A DNA stretch of 44,469 nt from an uncultured bacterium (GTDB lineage: Bacteria > Cyanobacteriota > Vampirovibrionia > Gastranaerophilales > Gastranaerophilaceae): assembly GCA_902803265.1 (NCBI GenBank), contig CADCPD010000065.1:1-44469 (forward strand), in the 5' to 3' direction. The notes beneath the pieces are model-generated. The model worked only from the letters and a program-made list of their open reading frames with translations, made no database searches and had not been told where the DNA came from. Position numbers and translations under genes: made by a program. Below, piece after piece: positions 1 to 10,206 of this stretch (position 1 is its first letter; each line of letters starts with the position of its first letter).

Positions 1-78
1 ACTTAGGCGCAAACTTCATCGCATAATCCTTAAACAAAATTTTAACACGAGGAAAAGGAAAAGGTATTTGTTTACATC

Positions 79-102
79 AGGGACTTATTCAGTCCCTTTT
101 TT
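79..102 (+). terminator. Rho-independent terminator-like hairpin (AGGGACT-TATTC-AGTCCCT followed by T6)
   Basis: 7-bp perfect stem, 5-nt loop and a TTTTTT run on the + strand. This implies a + strand gene ending at or before the window edge. It lies 5 nt beyond the rpoD stop, but the minus-strand reading lacks a T-run. Confidence 0.5.
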
Positions 103-107
103 ATTGC

Positions 108-1106
108 TTAATTTCCAAAATAATTTTTTAAATCAACGGTTAAGTTAGCATTCTTACAAAGTTTTTTAAGCTTTGAAATAGCTCTGTTTTCAATTTGTCT
201 TATTCTTTCTCTTGAAACGCCATAATGAGAACCTATTTCATCAAGAGTTTTCTTTTCACCGTTGTTATCAAGTCCGTAGCGTAAAATTAAAATATCACGT
301 TCTTTTGGACTTAATTGTTTTAACATCTTTTGAATATCAGAAAATAAATTTTCTTGAGAAACTCTGTTATCAGGCGCCATTGTATTTTCGTCAACTATAT
401 AATCAGCAATTTTTGTAGAATCTTCTTTTTGATTTGCAGGAGTTTCTATACTTATTGTTGATTGAGCTGATTTTAAAATTGAAGTAAGTTTTTGCACACT
501 CAAACCCAATTTATAAGCAACCTCTTGTTTTGAAGGCGGATGCCCAAGTTCTGTAGTCAAATCTAAAGTAGCTTTTCTAATTTTACCCAAAGATTCTATC
601 ATGTGTATTGGTAATCTTATCACTCTTGCTTTATCTGCTATTGCACGAGTTATTGATTGTTGTATCCACCAAGTTGCATATGTTGAAAATTTATAGCCCT
701 TTTCATAATCAAAGCGTTCGGCAGCTTTCATTAAGCCAATATTTCCTTCCTGAATTAAATCAAGAAAAGAAAGCCCTCTGCCTATATATTTTTTAGCAAT
801 ACTTACAACAAGTCTTAAATTTGCATTTACAAGTATATTTTTTGCTATTTCACTATTGTTTTCTTTTATTTGTCTGGCAACTTCTATTTCTTCTTCATGA
901 GAAATTAAAGGAATTTTTCCTATTTGTTGAAGATATATTCTGACAGAATCGTCTGTGTTTACTGATGAAAGACTTTCTTGAATTTTTGGATCTTCAATTG
1001 ATGCCAATAAATCTTCATCGTCATCTGATTCTTCAATCTTTGAAAAATCTACACCTTCTTCAGAAATCTCTTCTGTATTAAAAAAAAGTTTTGTATCGTC
1101 TTTCAT
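108..1106 (-). CDS. rpoD: Primary-like sigma-70 factor (RpoD/SigA family)
   Basis: Motifs seen: region 1.2 [12 protein letters not shown], region 2 RpoD box [19 protein letters not shown], region 3 IRLPIHM, region 4.2 [27 protein letters not shown]. The track ORF starts at a GTG at 1118. The ATG at 1106 lies 1 nt after the rlmB stop and has a GAGAG SD-like motif, so it is preferred. Confidence 0.93.
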   Translation of the reverse strand: MKDDTKLFFNTEEISEEGVDFSKIEESDDDEDLLASIEDPKIQESLSSVNTDDSVRIYLQQIGKIPLISHEEEIEVARQIKENNSEIAKNILVNANLRLVVSIAKKYIGRGLSFLDLIQEGNIGLMKAAERFDYEKGYKFSTYATWWIQQSITRAIADKARVIRLPIHMIESLGKIRKATLDLTTELGHPPSKQEVAYKLGLSVQKLTSILKSAQSTISIETPANQKEDSTKIADYIVDENTMAPDNRVSQENLFSDIQKMLKQLSPKERDILILRYGLDNNGEKKTLDEIGSHYGVSRERIRQIENRAISKLKKLCKNANLTVDLKNYFGN

Positions 1107-1107
1107 T

Positions 1108-1848
1108 TTATCTCTCACTTATTAATTTCTGACGAACGCTTTCAAATATTATAATACTTAAAGCATTTGAAACATTCAACGAATTAAAGTTTTTTAACAT
1201 AGGTATTTTTATTTTAAAATCGGCAAGTTTAAGTATTGATTTTGAAACACCTGCATGTTCTGCTCCCATAACGAGAACAAAATTCATATTGTTGTAATCA
1301 ACATCATAGTAATTATCTGATTCAAATGCCTCTGCAGCAATTACCCACCAGTCCGATTTTTTTAATCTTTGAATAGCAGATACCGGACTGTTTACTTTTA
1401 TTATATCAATATGATTTATAGCGCCTGCGCTTGCCTTTTCTACTGTTGAATTAATAGGACAAGTCCTTCTTTCAGGTATTATTATTGCATCGACACCGGC
1501 ACATACGCAAGTTCTTATTATTGATCCTAAATTTTGTCCGTCTTCTATTCCGTCAAGCATTACTATTCTTGAATTTTGATGTTCTTTTGCTAAAAAATCT
1601 TCCAATTCAATAAATTTTATTGGAGATACAAGAGCAATTATTCCTTGATGATTATATTCATCATATTTTGACAGATTTTCTTTTGCAGTAAATTGAAATA
1701 AAATACCTTTTTCTTTTGAAATATCTATTATTTCATTAATTTTTTCCGAAGGATGAACACTTTTTGAAATAAGAATTTTGTTAAAAGTTCTTGTTCCTGA
1801 TTTAAGCGCTTCTAAAACAGCATTTCTGCCGTATATTATATCTTCCAT
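1108..1848 (-). CDS. rlmB: SpoU/TrmH-family 23S rRNA 2'-O-methyltransferase (RlmB-like)
   Basis: N-terminal [15 protein letters not shown]-terminal SPOUT knot motifs ([19 protein letters not shown]) and a typical 246-aa length. The start ATG overlaps the nadA stop (TAATG). Confidence 0.85.
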   Translation of the reverse strand: MEDIIYGRNAVLEALKSGTRTFNKILISKSVHPSEKINEIIDISKEKGILFQFTAKENLSKYDEYNHQGIIALVSPIKFIELEDFLAKEHQNSRIVMLDGIEDGQNLGSIIRTCVCAGVDAIIIPERRTCPINSTVEKASAGAINHIDIIKVNSPVSAIQRLKKSDWWVIAAEAFESDNYYDVDYNNMNFVLVMGAEHAGVSKSILKLADFKIKIPMLKNFNSLNVSNALSIIIFESVRQKLISER

Positions 1849-2750
1849 TATTTAACCTCAAGCATTTTTGTTATACAGCTTCTTGCTTTGTCGGCAATCT
1901 CTTTTTCTATTGTAATTTCGTGTTGTTCGTATAAAAGAGATTCATAAATATCTTCAAGAGTATTAAATTTCATATTAAAACATACTAAATCCTCTTTTAT
2001 CGGTATAAATTCTTTATCAGGATAGTCTCTTTTTAATCTGTCTGTTACACCTTGTTCTGTACCGATTACGAAAGATTTTTCATTACTTTCTTTTACATAA
2101 TTCATTATACCGGAAGTTGAACCCACATAATCAGCAAGTTTGCTAACTTCTATATGGCATTCAGGATGAATTAAAATTTTTGAATTTGGATATTTTTCTC
2201 TTGCTGAAAGAACATCTTCTTTTTTTATTTTAAGATGTGTAGGACAAAAACCAGGATAAGTCGTAACTTTTACTTTTTGCAATTTATACTCTGACCATTT
2301 TCCCAAATGAGTATCTGGGACAAATAAAACTTCATCTACGTTCAAACTCTTAATAATTTTTTCTGCATTTGCACTTGTACAACATATATCACACAAAGCT
2401 TTTACTTCGGCGGTTGAATTTACATAACAGACAACAGGTATATCAGGGTGTTTCATTTTAAATTCGTTTAATTGTTCTTCGTTAATCATATTTGCCATAA
2501 CGCAGCCTGAATTTTTATTTGGAAGTAAAACTTTTTTATCAGGAGAAATAATTTTTGCAGTTTGAGCCATAAAAAATACTCCTGCAAAAACTATTATATC
2601 TGCATCATTTTTGGCAGCCATTCTACTTAAATATAAAGAATCACCAACAAAATCCGCTACTTCGTCAATTTCTACATTTTGATAGCAATGGGCTAAAATA
2701 CAGGCATTTTTTTCTTTCTTTAATTTTAATATTTTATCCTTTATGTCCAT
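1848..2750 (-). CDS. nadA: Quinolinate synthase A
   Basis: 300 aa with NadA-type motifs (ILAHCYQ, DFVGDSL, conserved Cys contexts SGCVMA / VCYVNS / HPEC). It is the first gene of a translationally coupled nadA-rlmB-rpoD string. Confidence 0.9.
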   Translation of the reverse strand: MDIKDKILKLKKEKNACILAHCYQNVEIDEVADFVGDSLYLSRMAAKNDADIIVFAGVFFMAQTAKIISPDKKVLLPNKNSGCVMANMINEEQLNEFKMKHPDIPVVCYVNSTAEVKALCDICCTSANAEKIIKSLNVDEVLFVPDTHLGKWSEYKLQKVKVTTYPGFCPTHLKIKKEDVLSAREKYPNSKILIHPECHIEVSKLADYVGSTSGIMNYVKESNEKSFVIGTEQGVTDRLKRDYPDKEFIPIKEDLVCFNMKFNTLEDIYESLLYEQHEITIEKEIADKARSCITKMLEVK

Positions 2751-2763
2751 TTATAAACCTTAA

Positions 2764-2792
2764 TTGACGTATAAATTTATTCAACCTATAAT
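2764..2792 (+). promoter_or_regulatory. Near-consensus sigma-70 promoter TTGACG-17 nt-TATAAT upstream of the pilM-like gene
   Basis: The -35 TTGACG is at 2764-2769, followed by an exact 17-nt spacer and the -10 TATAAT at 2787-2792. It lies 25-40 nt upstream of the candidate starts at 2817 and 2832. Confidence 0.55.
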
Positions 2793-2816
2793 AATTATTA
2801 TATAATAGAAAAAAAG

Positions 2817-4622
2817 TTGTACAACATAATCATGCTGAATAAATTATTATCCAAATTGGGGTCTAGTTCGAGTGCTACTGTGGGGGTGGCAGTATCGCCA
2901 AGTATCGGATTAGAAATGATAGAAATTGATAAAAATACTAAAACTGTAAGTAAATATGCTTGCAGACCTTTGGAATATAATTATTCTACGCGTGAAATTT
3001 CAGATTACGATGAATTCAGAACGACATTAGCAGCACTTTTTGACGATTTGAAAATCCCCAGAAAGTCAAATGTTATCTTAACACTGCCAAATGTTTATTT
3101 CGGACTAATCAATTTACCTCTTATGTTTGGTGATGAAGCAGTCAGCAATGCTATTCTTTCAGAAGTAGAACAAACATATATCTTTAAAAGACAAGAACCG
3201 GTTATTGGTTGGACTAATATTATCAAACCAAATCAAAGTACTGACTCTACCGATATTTTATATTCAGCAATACAAAATAGTGCCTTGTCAGAGATTTTTG
3301 CATCTTGTGTTGAAGTCGGATGTACCATAGTTGGATTGGAAAATTCATATTTATCTTTGCTTAAGGCTCTTGATTATACAAATTCGGCAGAAGAACAAAT
3401 GGCCGATTTTGTTACATGGAACTTAATGGTAATTGGACAAAATAACTATTCTATTTTGTCAATGTCAGGGAAAAATGTCATAAGTTACTATGAAGAACCA
3501 TTAGCACTAAAATCTTTTTCCGGAGAAGAAATATATAATGCAATAATTTCTTCCTCAACACTAACACTTACAACTAATCCGGCTAATTGGCTCTATATAG
3601 TTTCAGAAACAGATATTGTATCCGCTGAAGTTCTTTCTAAAAAAATAACTTTTGATGGAAAAATTACATATTTAGAAAGTAATAAATATGTTCAAAAACC
3701 ATTAATAGAATCAGCTAGTTCAGTTATGCCTAATTTGGCATTAAAAATTACCCCTGAAATTATAGGTTCCGGTATTTATAATTTTATTGATTATCCGGTA
3801 AAATTAAATTTACTTGGTGAATTTAAACCTGATAACGTCAAAGTTGAAGTTTATCCTTCAGTAAATATAGGTAGTTTAACTGTTGAAATTTCACCATCTT
3901 TTATAAAAAAACTATCTTTATTTATCTCGATACCAATTTTACTTATTATTTTATTAGCTTTTATAATCTTAAATGTTTTAAACAATAAACAAATAGCAGA
4001 ACAAGCATCATTGAGTTCTGAGTTAGAAGCAAAACAAGCTGAAATGAAAAAATATGACGCAATTAAAGTTGATACTTTTGATGAAAAGACAGAAATGTCT
4101 TTGATAAACGCTTACAACAAAGAAAAATTAATATATTATTCTGCTATGGGTTTAAGTATTCCGGCAAAGACATGGATTACTCAATTTAAAATAACAAAAA
4201 TGGGAAAAGTTTATATAAGTGGTAAAACTTCCAGATTAGAAGATGTTTATAATTTTTATAGAGATTTAAAAATGTCTGTAATTAATTCAGACTTAAAAGT
4301 TTATACGCTTGAAACCATAGAGAATGATGATAGTGAAAGTACAAAAAGGCCTAAATTTTATAGTTTTGAAATCACGAATATGGAAGATGCTGATATCGTA
4401 GCGATGAAAGAATATAAAGATTATAAAAAAGATCAAAGAAGTCAAAATCCTACAAATGCAATGAACGAACAAGATATTCCTGCTGCACCTGCCGCAACAA
4501 ATCCTGACGGAACACCGGTACAACCAGATCCGAATGCACCACCTCCTGCTCCTGGAGAAAATAACGAAAATCCTTTCAGTAAAGGACTTCCTCCTAATCT
4601 TGAAAAGATAGAAAGTTTTTAA
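2817..4622 (+). CDS. Type IV pilus assembly PilM-PilN fusion-like protein with Pro-rich C-terminal tail
   Basis: The N-terminal ~350 aa is actin-like and PilM-like (VGVAVSPSIGLEMIEID start). A single TM helix follows (LSLFISIPILLIILLAFIILNVL), then a coiled coil and a PilN-like domain (TWITQFKITKMGKVYISGKT). The tail reads PAAPAATNPDGTPVQPDPNAPPPAPG. The track start at 2817 is TTG; an ATG at 2832 is an alternative. Confidence 0.65.
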   Translation: MYNIIMLNKLLSKLGSSSSATVGVAVSPSIGLEMIEIDKNTKTVSKYACRPLEYNYSTREISDYDEFRTTLAALFDDLKIPRKSNVILTLPNVYFGLINLPLMFGDEAVSNAILSEVEQTYIFKRQEPVIGWTNIIKPNQSTDSTDILYSAIQNSALSEIFASCVEVGCTIVGLENSYLSLLKALDYTNSAEEQMADFVTWNLMVIGQNNYSILSMSGKNVISYYEEPLALKSFSGEEIYNAIISSSTLTLTTNPANWLYIVSETDIVSAEVLSKKITFDGKITYLESNKYVQKPLIESASSVMPNLALKITPEIIGSGIYNFIDYPVKLNLLGEFKPDNVKVEVYPSVNIGSLTVEISPSFIKKLSLFISIPILLIILLAFIILNVLNNKQIAEQASLSSELEAKQAEMKKYDAIKVDTFDEKTEMSLINAYNKEKLIYYSAMGLSIPAKTWITQFKITKMGKVYISGKTSRLEDVYNFYRDLKMSVINSDLKVYTLETIENDDSESTKRPKFYSFEITNMEDADIVAMKEYKDYKKDQRSQNPTNAMNEQDIPAAPAATNPDGTPVQPDPNAPPPAPGENNENPFSKGLPPNLEKIESF

Positions 4623-4637
4623 TAGGTAAAAAAAATT

Positions 4638-5222
4638 ATGCAAAAATATTTCAATATGTACAGAGAATCTATATTATTTGTAATACTTGCCATAGTTTTA
4701 TGTTATGCAGCTATTGGGCAGCTCAAACCTAAAATTAATGATTACAATTCTGTGCATAATGATATTGCACAGAAAAAAGCTTCTATTGATCAATTAAATG
4801 CCCAACTACAAACTGCACAACAACAAATGGCAAGACTTGAAAAGGCAAGAATTGCAAACAGTATGGTTAATAAAACTATTTTTCAGCCAAGAAGTTTATC
4901 TTTGGATAATGAAGCCGGATATAGTGTTTTATTCAATGACATTTTTGAAATGACTAAAGCAAATAAAATCAAAACTTATTCTATTCAATATGAATATAAT
5001 CCTACAGATGATCCTTTTGCCGCAGCTAATAAAGGTTATAATGTCTGTCTTTTAAAAATGAAGCTTATTGGCAGTTTTAGAGATTTTGAAAATTTATTAA
5101 CTGATTTGTATAAATATCCGTATTTCATAAGTATTAGCAGTTATGATATTGTACCTTATTATAAAGATAAAAATGTTTTATTTATCAAACTTGGTATAAA
5201 AGTATATATGAAAGGTGATTAA
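4638..5222 (+). CDS. PilO-like pilus assembly protein (N-terminal TM + coiled coil + small C-terminal domain)
   Basis: 194 aa with TM helix ILFVILAIVLCYAAIG and coiled coil IDQLNAQLQTAQQQMARLEKA. It sits directly downstream of the PilMN-like gene. Assignment rests on architecture and position only. Confidence 0.45.
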   Translation: MQKYFNMYRESILFVILAIVLCYAAIGQLKPKINDYNSVHNDIAQKKASIDQLNAQLQTAQQQMARLEKARIANSMVNKTIFQPRSLSLDNEAGYSVLFNDIFEMTKANKIKTYSIQYEYNPTDDPFAAANKGYNVCLLKMKLIGSFRDFENLLTDLYKYPYFISISSYDIVPYYKDKNVLFIKLGIKVYMKGD

Positions 5223-5224
5223 GT

Positions 5225-6082
5225 TTAAAAAATATTTTTATCTATCGCAAACATTTGCTCTTTATTTTTTATACAAGTTATACAAAAATCGGTTTCAAGT
5301 TGGACTTTTTTTGAATAATTACTAAAATCGGTTCCCATTCTGCCACGATAATCATTTGCAAGAAACGGGCAGGTATATATTCCTTTTGTTGTCAAGATTC
5401 TTGAATTTTGACAATCTAATTTTTCATTATTTTCTTCTGTTTTTTCAATATTAACTGTTTTTTCCCAACATTCATTTATTTTTATATTTTTATCATCAAT
5501 AATAATATCTAAATTTTTAAATATATTTTTTAGTTCAAAAACTATTTGTTTCTTACTTTCTTTATATGAATTTGTTATACATAAAATAATATAAAAATCA
5601 TACTTATTTAAATTTTTTACAGCATGTAAAACTTGTCTGAAACTTCCTCTGCTTCTGATATCATCATTTTTTATTTCATTGTAATGGTTTAGTGGAAGCT
5701 GAAAAATAATAGAATAATCACTTTCATTTTCTACTTTTTTTAAAAATCTGGCTTTTTTTTCATTAATGAAACTGCCATTAGTACAAATACATACATTTGA
5801 TCTTTTTAAACATAACCTTAAAATACTATTGAAATCAGGATGAGTCATTGGTTCTGCACCTGTCAAATAAATACAGTTTATTTTTTCATTTTCTGTTTGT
5901 TTAATAGCTTCTTTTATTTTGTCTATAGATATAAAGTCTTTTACTTTTTTATTAAGTGGAAAGTTTATATAACATTGTTTACAATGCTGATTACAATTTT
6001 TTTCGGTTAATTCTATAAATAAATTATTTAATTCTTCTAATGTGCATGTTTTTGCACATAATAATGTGTTTTCAGTTGACAT
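5225..6082 (-). CDS. Radical SAM protein (function unknown)
   Basis: CX3CX2C motif CNQHCKQC near the N-terminus and a glycine-rich LTGAEP motif. There is a C-terminal Cys group (YTCPF ... FCITC). A strong RBS (AAAAGGAGAAAAAA) precedes the ATG. Confidence 0.8.
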   Translation of the reverse strand: MSTENTLLCAKTCTLEELNNLFIELTEKNCNQHCKQCYINFPLNKKVKDFISIDKIKEAIKQTENEKINCIYLTGAEPMTHPDFNSILRLCLKRSNVCICTNGSFINEKKARFLKKVENESDYSIIFQLPLNHYNEIKNDDIRSRGSFRQVLHAVKNLNKYDFYIILCITNSYKESKKQIVFELKNIFKNLDIIIDDKNIKINECWEKTVNIEKTEENNEKLDCQNSRILTTKGIYTCPFLANDYRGRMGTDFSNYSKKVQLETDFCITCIKNKEQMFAIDKNIF

Positions 6083-6155
6083 TTTTTTCTCCTTTTATTA
6101 ATTATTTTAGAAGTTCAAAAGGAGTTTTAAATTCACCATGCGGTTAAATTAAATA

Positions 6156-7460
6156 TTATTTACCAAGTAATTCTAAAGGTTTCTTAATCTGAAATTCTTT
6201 TACTAAAAGTTTATGATTTTCTTTTTTATATAAATAAAAATCAACATCTAAAGTATCAATAGATTTATTTAAATTATGCTCATTCAGATCTGTTGAAAGT
6301 CTTATCGTAGAAGTTTGTTCTCCCATAGGAAATATATTTTCATATGCAAATATTTGTTTTGAAGATGTTCTTACTTTATGATTTTTTTCTTTAAAGACTA
6401 ATTCTGCCGTAAGATTTTTTATATTAAAAGGTGAATTATTTCTCAATTGGAATTTAACATCTACGTCAAATGTTTTATTTGCTTTATTGTAATTTGTATT
6501 AATATCTGAAATTATAACTATTATGTCATCTTTATATAAAATATTTGATGAAACAAAATCCTTAAAACGTTTTGCTTTCATATCAAATAAATCTTTTTCA
6601 GCTTTATCTCCCAATGCTTCAGCACTTTCAGACATTTCCATTAATAAATCATAATACATATAATAATTTAGCATTTCCGGTGCTTTTTTTCTTACTACTT
6701 CTAATAATTCAAAAGATTTCCTAGGATTATTATCTATATATAAAAGAGCTAATTTATAATTTATCTGTGCTTTGTCATTTAATTCATCAGCTTTTTCAAG
6801 ATAATATACTGCTTCTTCTATTATACCTTTTTCAACAAAAATATCCGCCATTGCTTCATAACAATTTGCTAATCTTATTTTCGTATCTTCCATTTCTCTA
6901 TTATCACATCGTTTTAAATAAAATATAGCTTTTTCATATTTACTTGCAGCTTGTGGGTATAATTCAGCTTCAAATAATTTATTACCTATTTCTTTATAAA
7001 TTATACCTTTGTTTTTTATAAGTTTTTTATCAGGCTTATCAGTTATTTCGTCCATTAACTGTTGAGCTTCTTTTAATTTATTCATTTTTATATATAAAGT
7101 AGCTAGTTTATATCTTGCGTTATAAGCCATATATGGAGATTTATCAACTGCAATTTGTAATTCTTTTTCTGCGTTTACATAATCTTTTTTTATAGCATAT
7201 AAAGTTCCTAAACGAATATTATATCCATAATTTTTAGGATATCTTGATAACAAATATTGATTTTTTTCTATTAAAAAGTCTATTAAATAATAATCTACTT
7301 CAGCTGCTGATTTTGACAGCTTTGGATATCTTATAGAATAAGGTATTGTTAGCCAAGTTATACCAATTATAAAACCAACAATTACTGCAACAACAAAAAA
7401 TGTTATTGCAAAGGTTTTTAAATAAGGTTCTATATCTTTTTTATTTATTTTATTCATCAA
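6156..7460 (-). CDS. Membrane-anchored TPR-repeat protein
   Basis: N-terminal TM helix (AITFFVVAVIVGFIIGITWL), multiple TPR-like A/Y/L repeats and a ~120-aa non-TPR C-terminal domain. The start overlaps the mgtC stop. Confidence 0.7.
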   Translation of the reverse strand: MMNKINKKDIEPYLKTFAITFFVVAVIVGFIIGITWLTIPYSIRYPKLSKSAAEVDYYLIDFLIEKNQYLLSRYPKNYGYNIRLGTLYAIKKDYVNAEKELQIAVDKSPYMAYNARYKLATLYIKMNKLKEAQQLMDEITDKPDKKLIKNKGIIYKEIGNKLFEAELYPQAASKYEKAIFYLKRCDNREMEDTKIRLANCYEAMADIFVEKGIIEEAVYYLEKADELNDKAQINYKLALLYIDNNPRKSFELLEVVRKKAPEMLNYYMYYDLLMEMSESAEALGDKAEKDLFDMKAKRFKDFVSSNILYKDDIIVIISDINTNYNKANKTFDVDVKFQLRNNSPFNIKNLTAELVFKEKNHKVRTSSKQIFAYENIFPMGEQTSTIRLSTDLNEHNLNKSIDTLDVDFYLYKKENHKLLVKEFQIKKPLELLGK

Positions 7461-8151
7461 CTTCCTGTATTGCTATTGATGTTATTCCATTAAATAATTC
7501 ACATTTTCTATATGCTGTTTGCAATGGATTTTTATCTTTTATTCTCACAACTGCAACTATTTTTGCATCGTGTTCTTTATCAGAATCAACTTTTTTAATT
7601 TCATTTAAATAAGGAAATTCTTCCATTATATAATTTTGAACTTCATTAACACTACATTGTTCACATTTTAGTGTAAGTTTTAATCGTTTTTTTGAGATTT
7701 TACGTTTTTCTAAAAAGTTTCTTTCAATCCATTTGATAAAAATAAGAACAATAATGCTCAAAGCTGTTCCAATAAGTGCTATATCAAAATTTCCAGTACC
7801 GCAAGCCATACCTATTGCAGCAGCTATCCAAAGAGTTGAAGCTGTAGTTAATCCGTGAACAGATGAACCTGTTTTCATTACAGTTCCTGCACCAATAAAA
7901 CCAATACCTGTTACAATCTGAGCTGCAATTCTGGCTGTATCTCTTAATCCTGTTGCTTGAGCAACTATTACATTATCGCCAATAGCAAAGGTAGGAAAAC
8001 CATGTATTGAAAGCAATGTAAAAACACATGACCCTAAACAAACAAATATATGCGTTCTTAATCCTGCTTGTTTATTCGTTAATTCTCTTTCAAGACCAAG
8101 GGCAAATCCTAATATTACCGATGTAAATAAACTTAGTGCATATTGTATCAT
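7450..8151 (-). CDS. mgtC: MgtC/SapB family membrane protein
   Basis: N-terminal LGLERE motif, four to five TM helices and a C-terminal ACT-like soluble domain. The 233-aa length is typical. Confidence 0.85.
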   Translation of the reverse strand: MIQYALSLFTSVILGFALGLERELTNKQAGLRTHIFVCLGSCVFTLLSIHGFPTFAIGDNVIVAQATGLRDTARIAAQIVTGIGFIGAGTVMKTGSSVHGLTTASTLWIAAAIGMACGTGNFDIALIGTALSIIVLIFIKWIERNFLEKRKISKKRLKLTLKCEQCSVNEVQNYIMEEFPYLNEIKKVDSDKEHDAKIVAVVRIKDKNPLQTAYRKCELFNGITSIAIQEVDE

Positions 8152-8162
8152 TTTCTACCTTT

Positions 8163-9227
8163 TTATCTCATTTTACTTTTTGGATCTAAAATATCTCTTA
8201 TTGTATCACCTATCAGATTAAAAGACAGCACTGCAACAAAAATTAAGAATCCCGGAGTTAAAAGCCAAGGTCTGTATAAAATATTTGAATATTCTTGTGC
8301 CTCTTTAAGCATATTACCCCAACTTGCATCAGGTTGTTGAATTCCTAATCCTAAAAAACTTAATCCTGATTCTGATAATATATATCCCGGAACAGATAAT
8401 GTCATTGCAACTATTACATAACTTGTTGTTTGAGGTAATATATGCTGTAAAATTATCTTCATATTAGAAAGCCCTATTGATTTAGCACTTTCTACAAATT
8501 CTTGAGTTTTTATTGATAGAACCATTCCTCTTACAACTCTTGCAAAGCCTGCCCAACCTATAAGAGCAAGTATTATTACTATAAGAATAAATCTTTGGAC
8601 ACTTGTCATATTAGGAGGCAAAATCGCTGCAAGTATTATTAGAAGATAAAAACTTGGTATTGACATAACAGCTTCAGCAAATCTCATCATTAATACATCA
8701 ACTTTCCCGCCAAAATATCCTGATATTCCGCCATATAAAAGACCTATCGGAAATAATACAAATAAAGCTAAAAATCCTATTGTCATTGAAATTCTTCCGC
8801 CAAATAATAATCTTGAAAATACATCTCTACCGTTTATATCTCCGCCTAAAAGATATAATCGGCCTTCATTTTCAACAGTTACAAGATGTCTTTTCATCGG
8901 AATGAATCCAAAAACTTTATATGGCATTCCTTGACTAAAAAACTTAATGTAATATTTATGACTTCTATCCAATTTATAAGTTGTTTCCAAAAGATTTGGA
9001 TCAAATTCTCTTTTGTAATTATATGTATATGGTCTTGAAAAATGTCCTTTTTCATTAATAGTAAAAATTGGTGATGGAGGAACATAAGATAAATCTCTGT
9101 CTGAAAAATCTTTTGTATATGGCGCAATAAAATCAGCAAACAATAACGCCGTATATATTACAATAAGCACAATCAGTGCAATAAGTGAAAATTTATCTTT
9201 TATTAATTGTTTTAATACTTTTTTCAT
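8163..9227 (-). CDS. ABC peptide/nickel-type transporter permease (OppC/DppC family)
   Basis: Six-TM permease with the BPD_transp_1 EAA-loop context (ESAKSIGLSNMKIILQHILPQ). It follows an OppB-like gene. Confidence 0.85.
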   Translation of the reverse strand: MKKVLKQLIKDKFSLIALIVLIVIYTALLFADFIAPYTKDFSDRDLSYVPPSPIFTINEKGHFSRPYTYNYKREFDPNLLETTYKLDRSHKYYIKFFSQGMPYKVFGFIPMKRHLVTVENEGRLYLLGGDINGRDVFSRLLFGGRISMTIGFLALFVLFPIGLLYGGISGYFGGKVDVLMMRFAEAVMSIPSFYLLIILAAILPPNMTSVQRFILIVIILALIGWAGFARVVRGMVLSIKTQEFVESAKSIGLSNMKIILQHILPQTTSYVIVAMTLSVPGYILSESGLSFLGLGIQQPDASWGNMLKEAQEYSNILYRPWLLTPGFLIFVAVLSFNLIGDTIRDILDPKSKMR

Positions 9228-9230
9228 ATA

Positions 9231-10205
9231 TTACCCCCTAACCCTTATTCGAGGATCGGTTAAGATCAGTAATATATCAGAAAGTAAATTTCCCGCAATT
9301 AACATAAAAGCACCCATCATTAAAGATGCCATTACAAGATTTATATCTGATTTTAATACCGCTTCAAGAATTAATCTTCCAAGTCCGGGATATTGAAAAA
9401 CATACTCTGTTAGCGCCGCACCTGAAAGCAATGAAGAAAATTCAAACCCTAATAATGTTATCATTGGATTTACTGCATTTCTTAATGCATGTTTAAATAA
9501 TACTTTTTTCTCACTTAATCCTTTTGCTCTTGCAAATTTTATATAATCTGAATCCAATACATCTAAAATATTAGCTCTCATTTGTCTTTGCAAACCGGCA
9601 AGAGATATTGTAAACAACACTGTTACAGGTAAAATTAAATGTTGTGTTATATCCCAAACTTTATTCCAAAGTCCCATTTCGTTAAAATTATAACTTGTTA
9701 ATCCTCCAACAGGAAACCAACCTGTTTTTACAGCAAAAATCAATAATAATATTGCAAAGAAAAACGAAGGCACTGCCATCCCAATACTGGTCAAAAATGT
9801 TAAAAACCTATCAAATGGGGTTTTCCACTTAACCGCAGCAAGCATTCCAAGTGGTATTGCAACAGACCAAGTCATAAATATTACAACTAATGTTAAAAGT
9901 AGTGTATTTGGTATTCGCTCTTTTAACTTGCTTGCAACGCTTTCTCCTGTTGTAGTTACACCTAAATCACCTTTTATAAATGATTTTGCCCATAATAAAT
10001 ATTGTTTCCAAACAGGTTTGTTTAAACCCATTCTTTGAGCTTCTTTTTGAAGTGTTTCTTTTGATATTGAAGGGTTTAACTTTAATTCTGCCAACGGATC
10101 AACCGGACTTAGTCTTATTATAAAAAAGCTCATTATTGATACTAAAATCAATAACGGTACGGTTTGTAAAATTCTTTTTAATATGTATATCAGTATTTCC
10201 TGCAT
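9231..10205 (-). CDS. ABC peptide/nickel-type transporter permease (OppB/DppB family)
   Basis: The N-terminal YILKRILQTVPLLILVSIMSFFIIRLSP signature is typical of OppB/DppB. EAA loop: FARAKGLSEKKVLFKHALRNA. Confidence 0.88.
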   Translation of the reverse strand: MQEILIYILKRILQTVPLLILVSIMSFFIIRLSPVDPLAELKLNPSISKETLQKEAQRMGLNKPVWKQYLLWAKSFIKGDLGVTTTGESVASKLKERIPNTLLLTLVVIFMTWSVAIPLGMLAAVKWKTPFDRFLTFLTSIGMAVPSFFFAILLLIFAVKTGWFPVGGLTSYNFNEMGLWNKVWDITQHLILPVTVLFTISLAGLQRQMRANILDVLDSDYIKFARAKGLSEKKVLFKHALRNAVNPMITLLGFEFSSLLSGAALTEYVFQYPGLGRLILEAVLKSDINLVMASLMMGAFMLIAGNLLSDILLILTDPRIRVRG

Positions 10206-10206
10206 T

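Noticed and set aside
4293-4643. 116-aa minus-strand ORF overlapping the 3' end of the PilMN-like gene
   Set aside because: It is antisense to the Pro-rich tail region, its Cys/Arg/Phe-rich translation is implausible, and it has no RBS.
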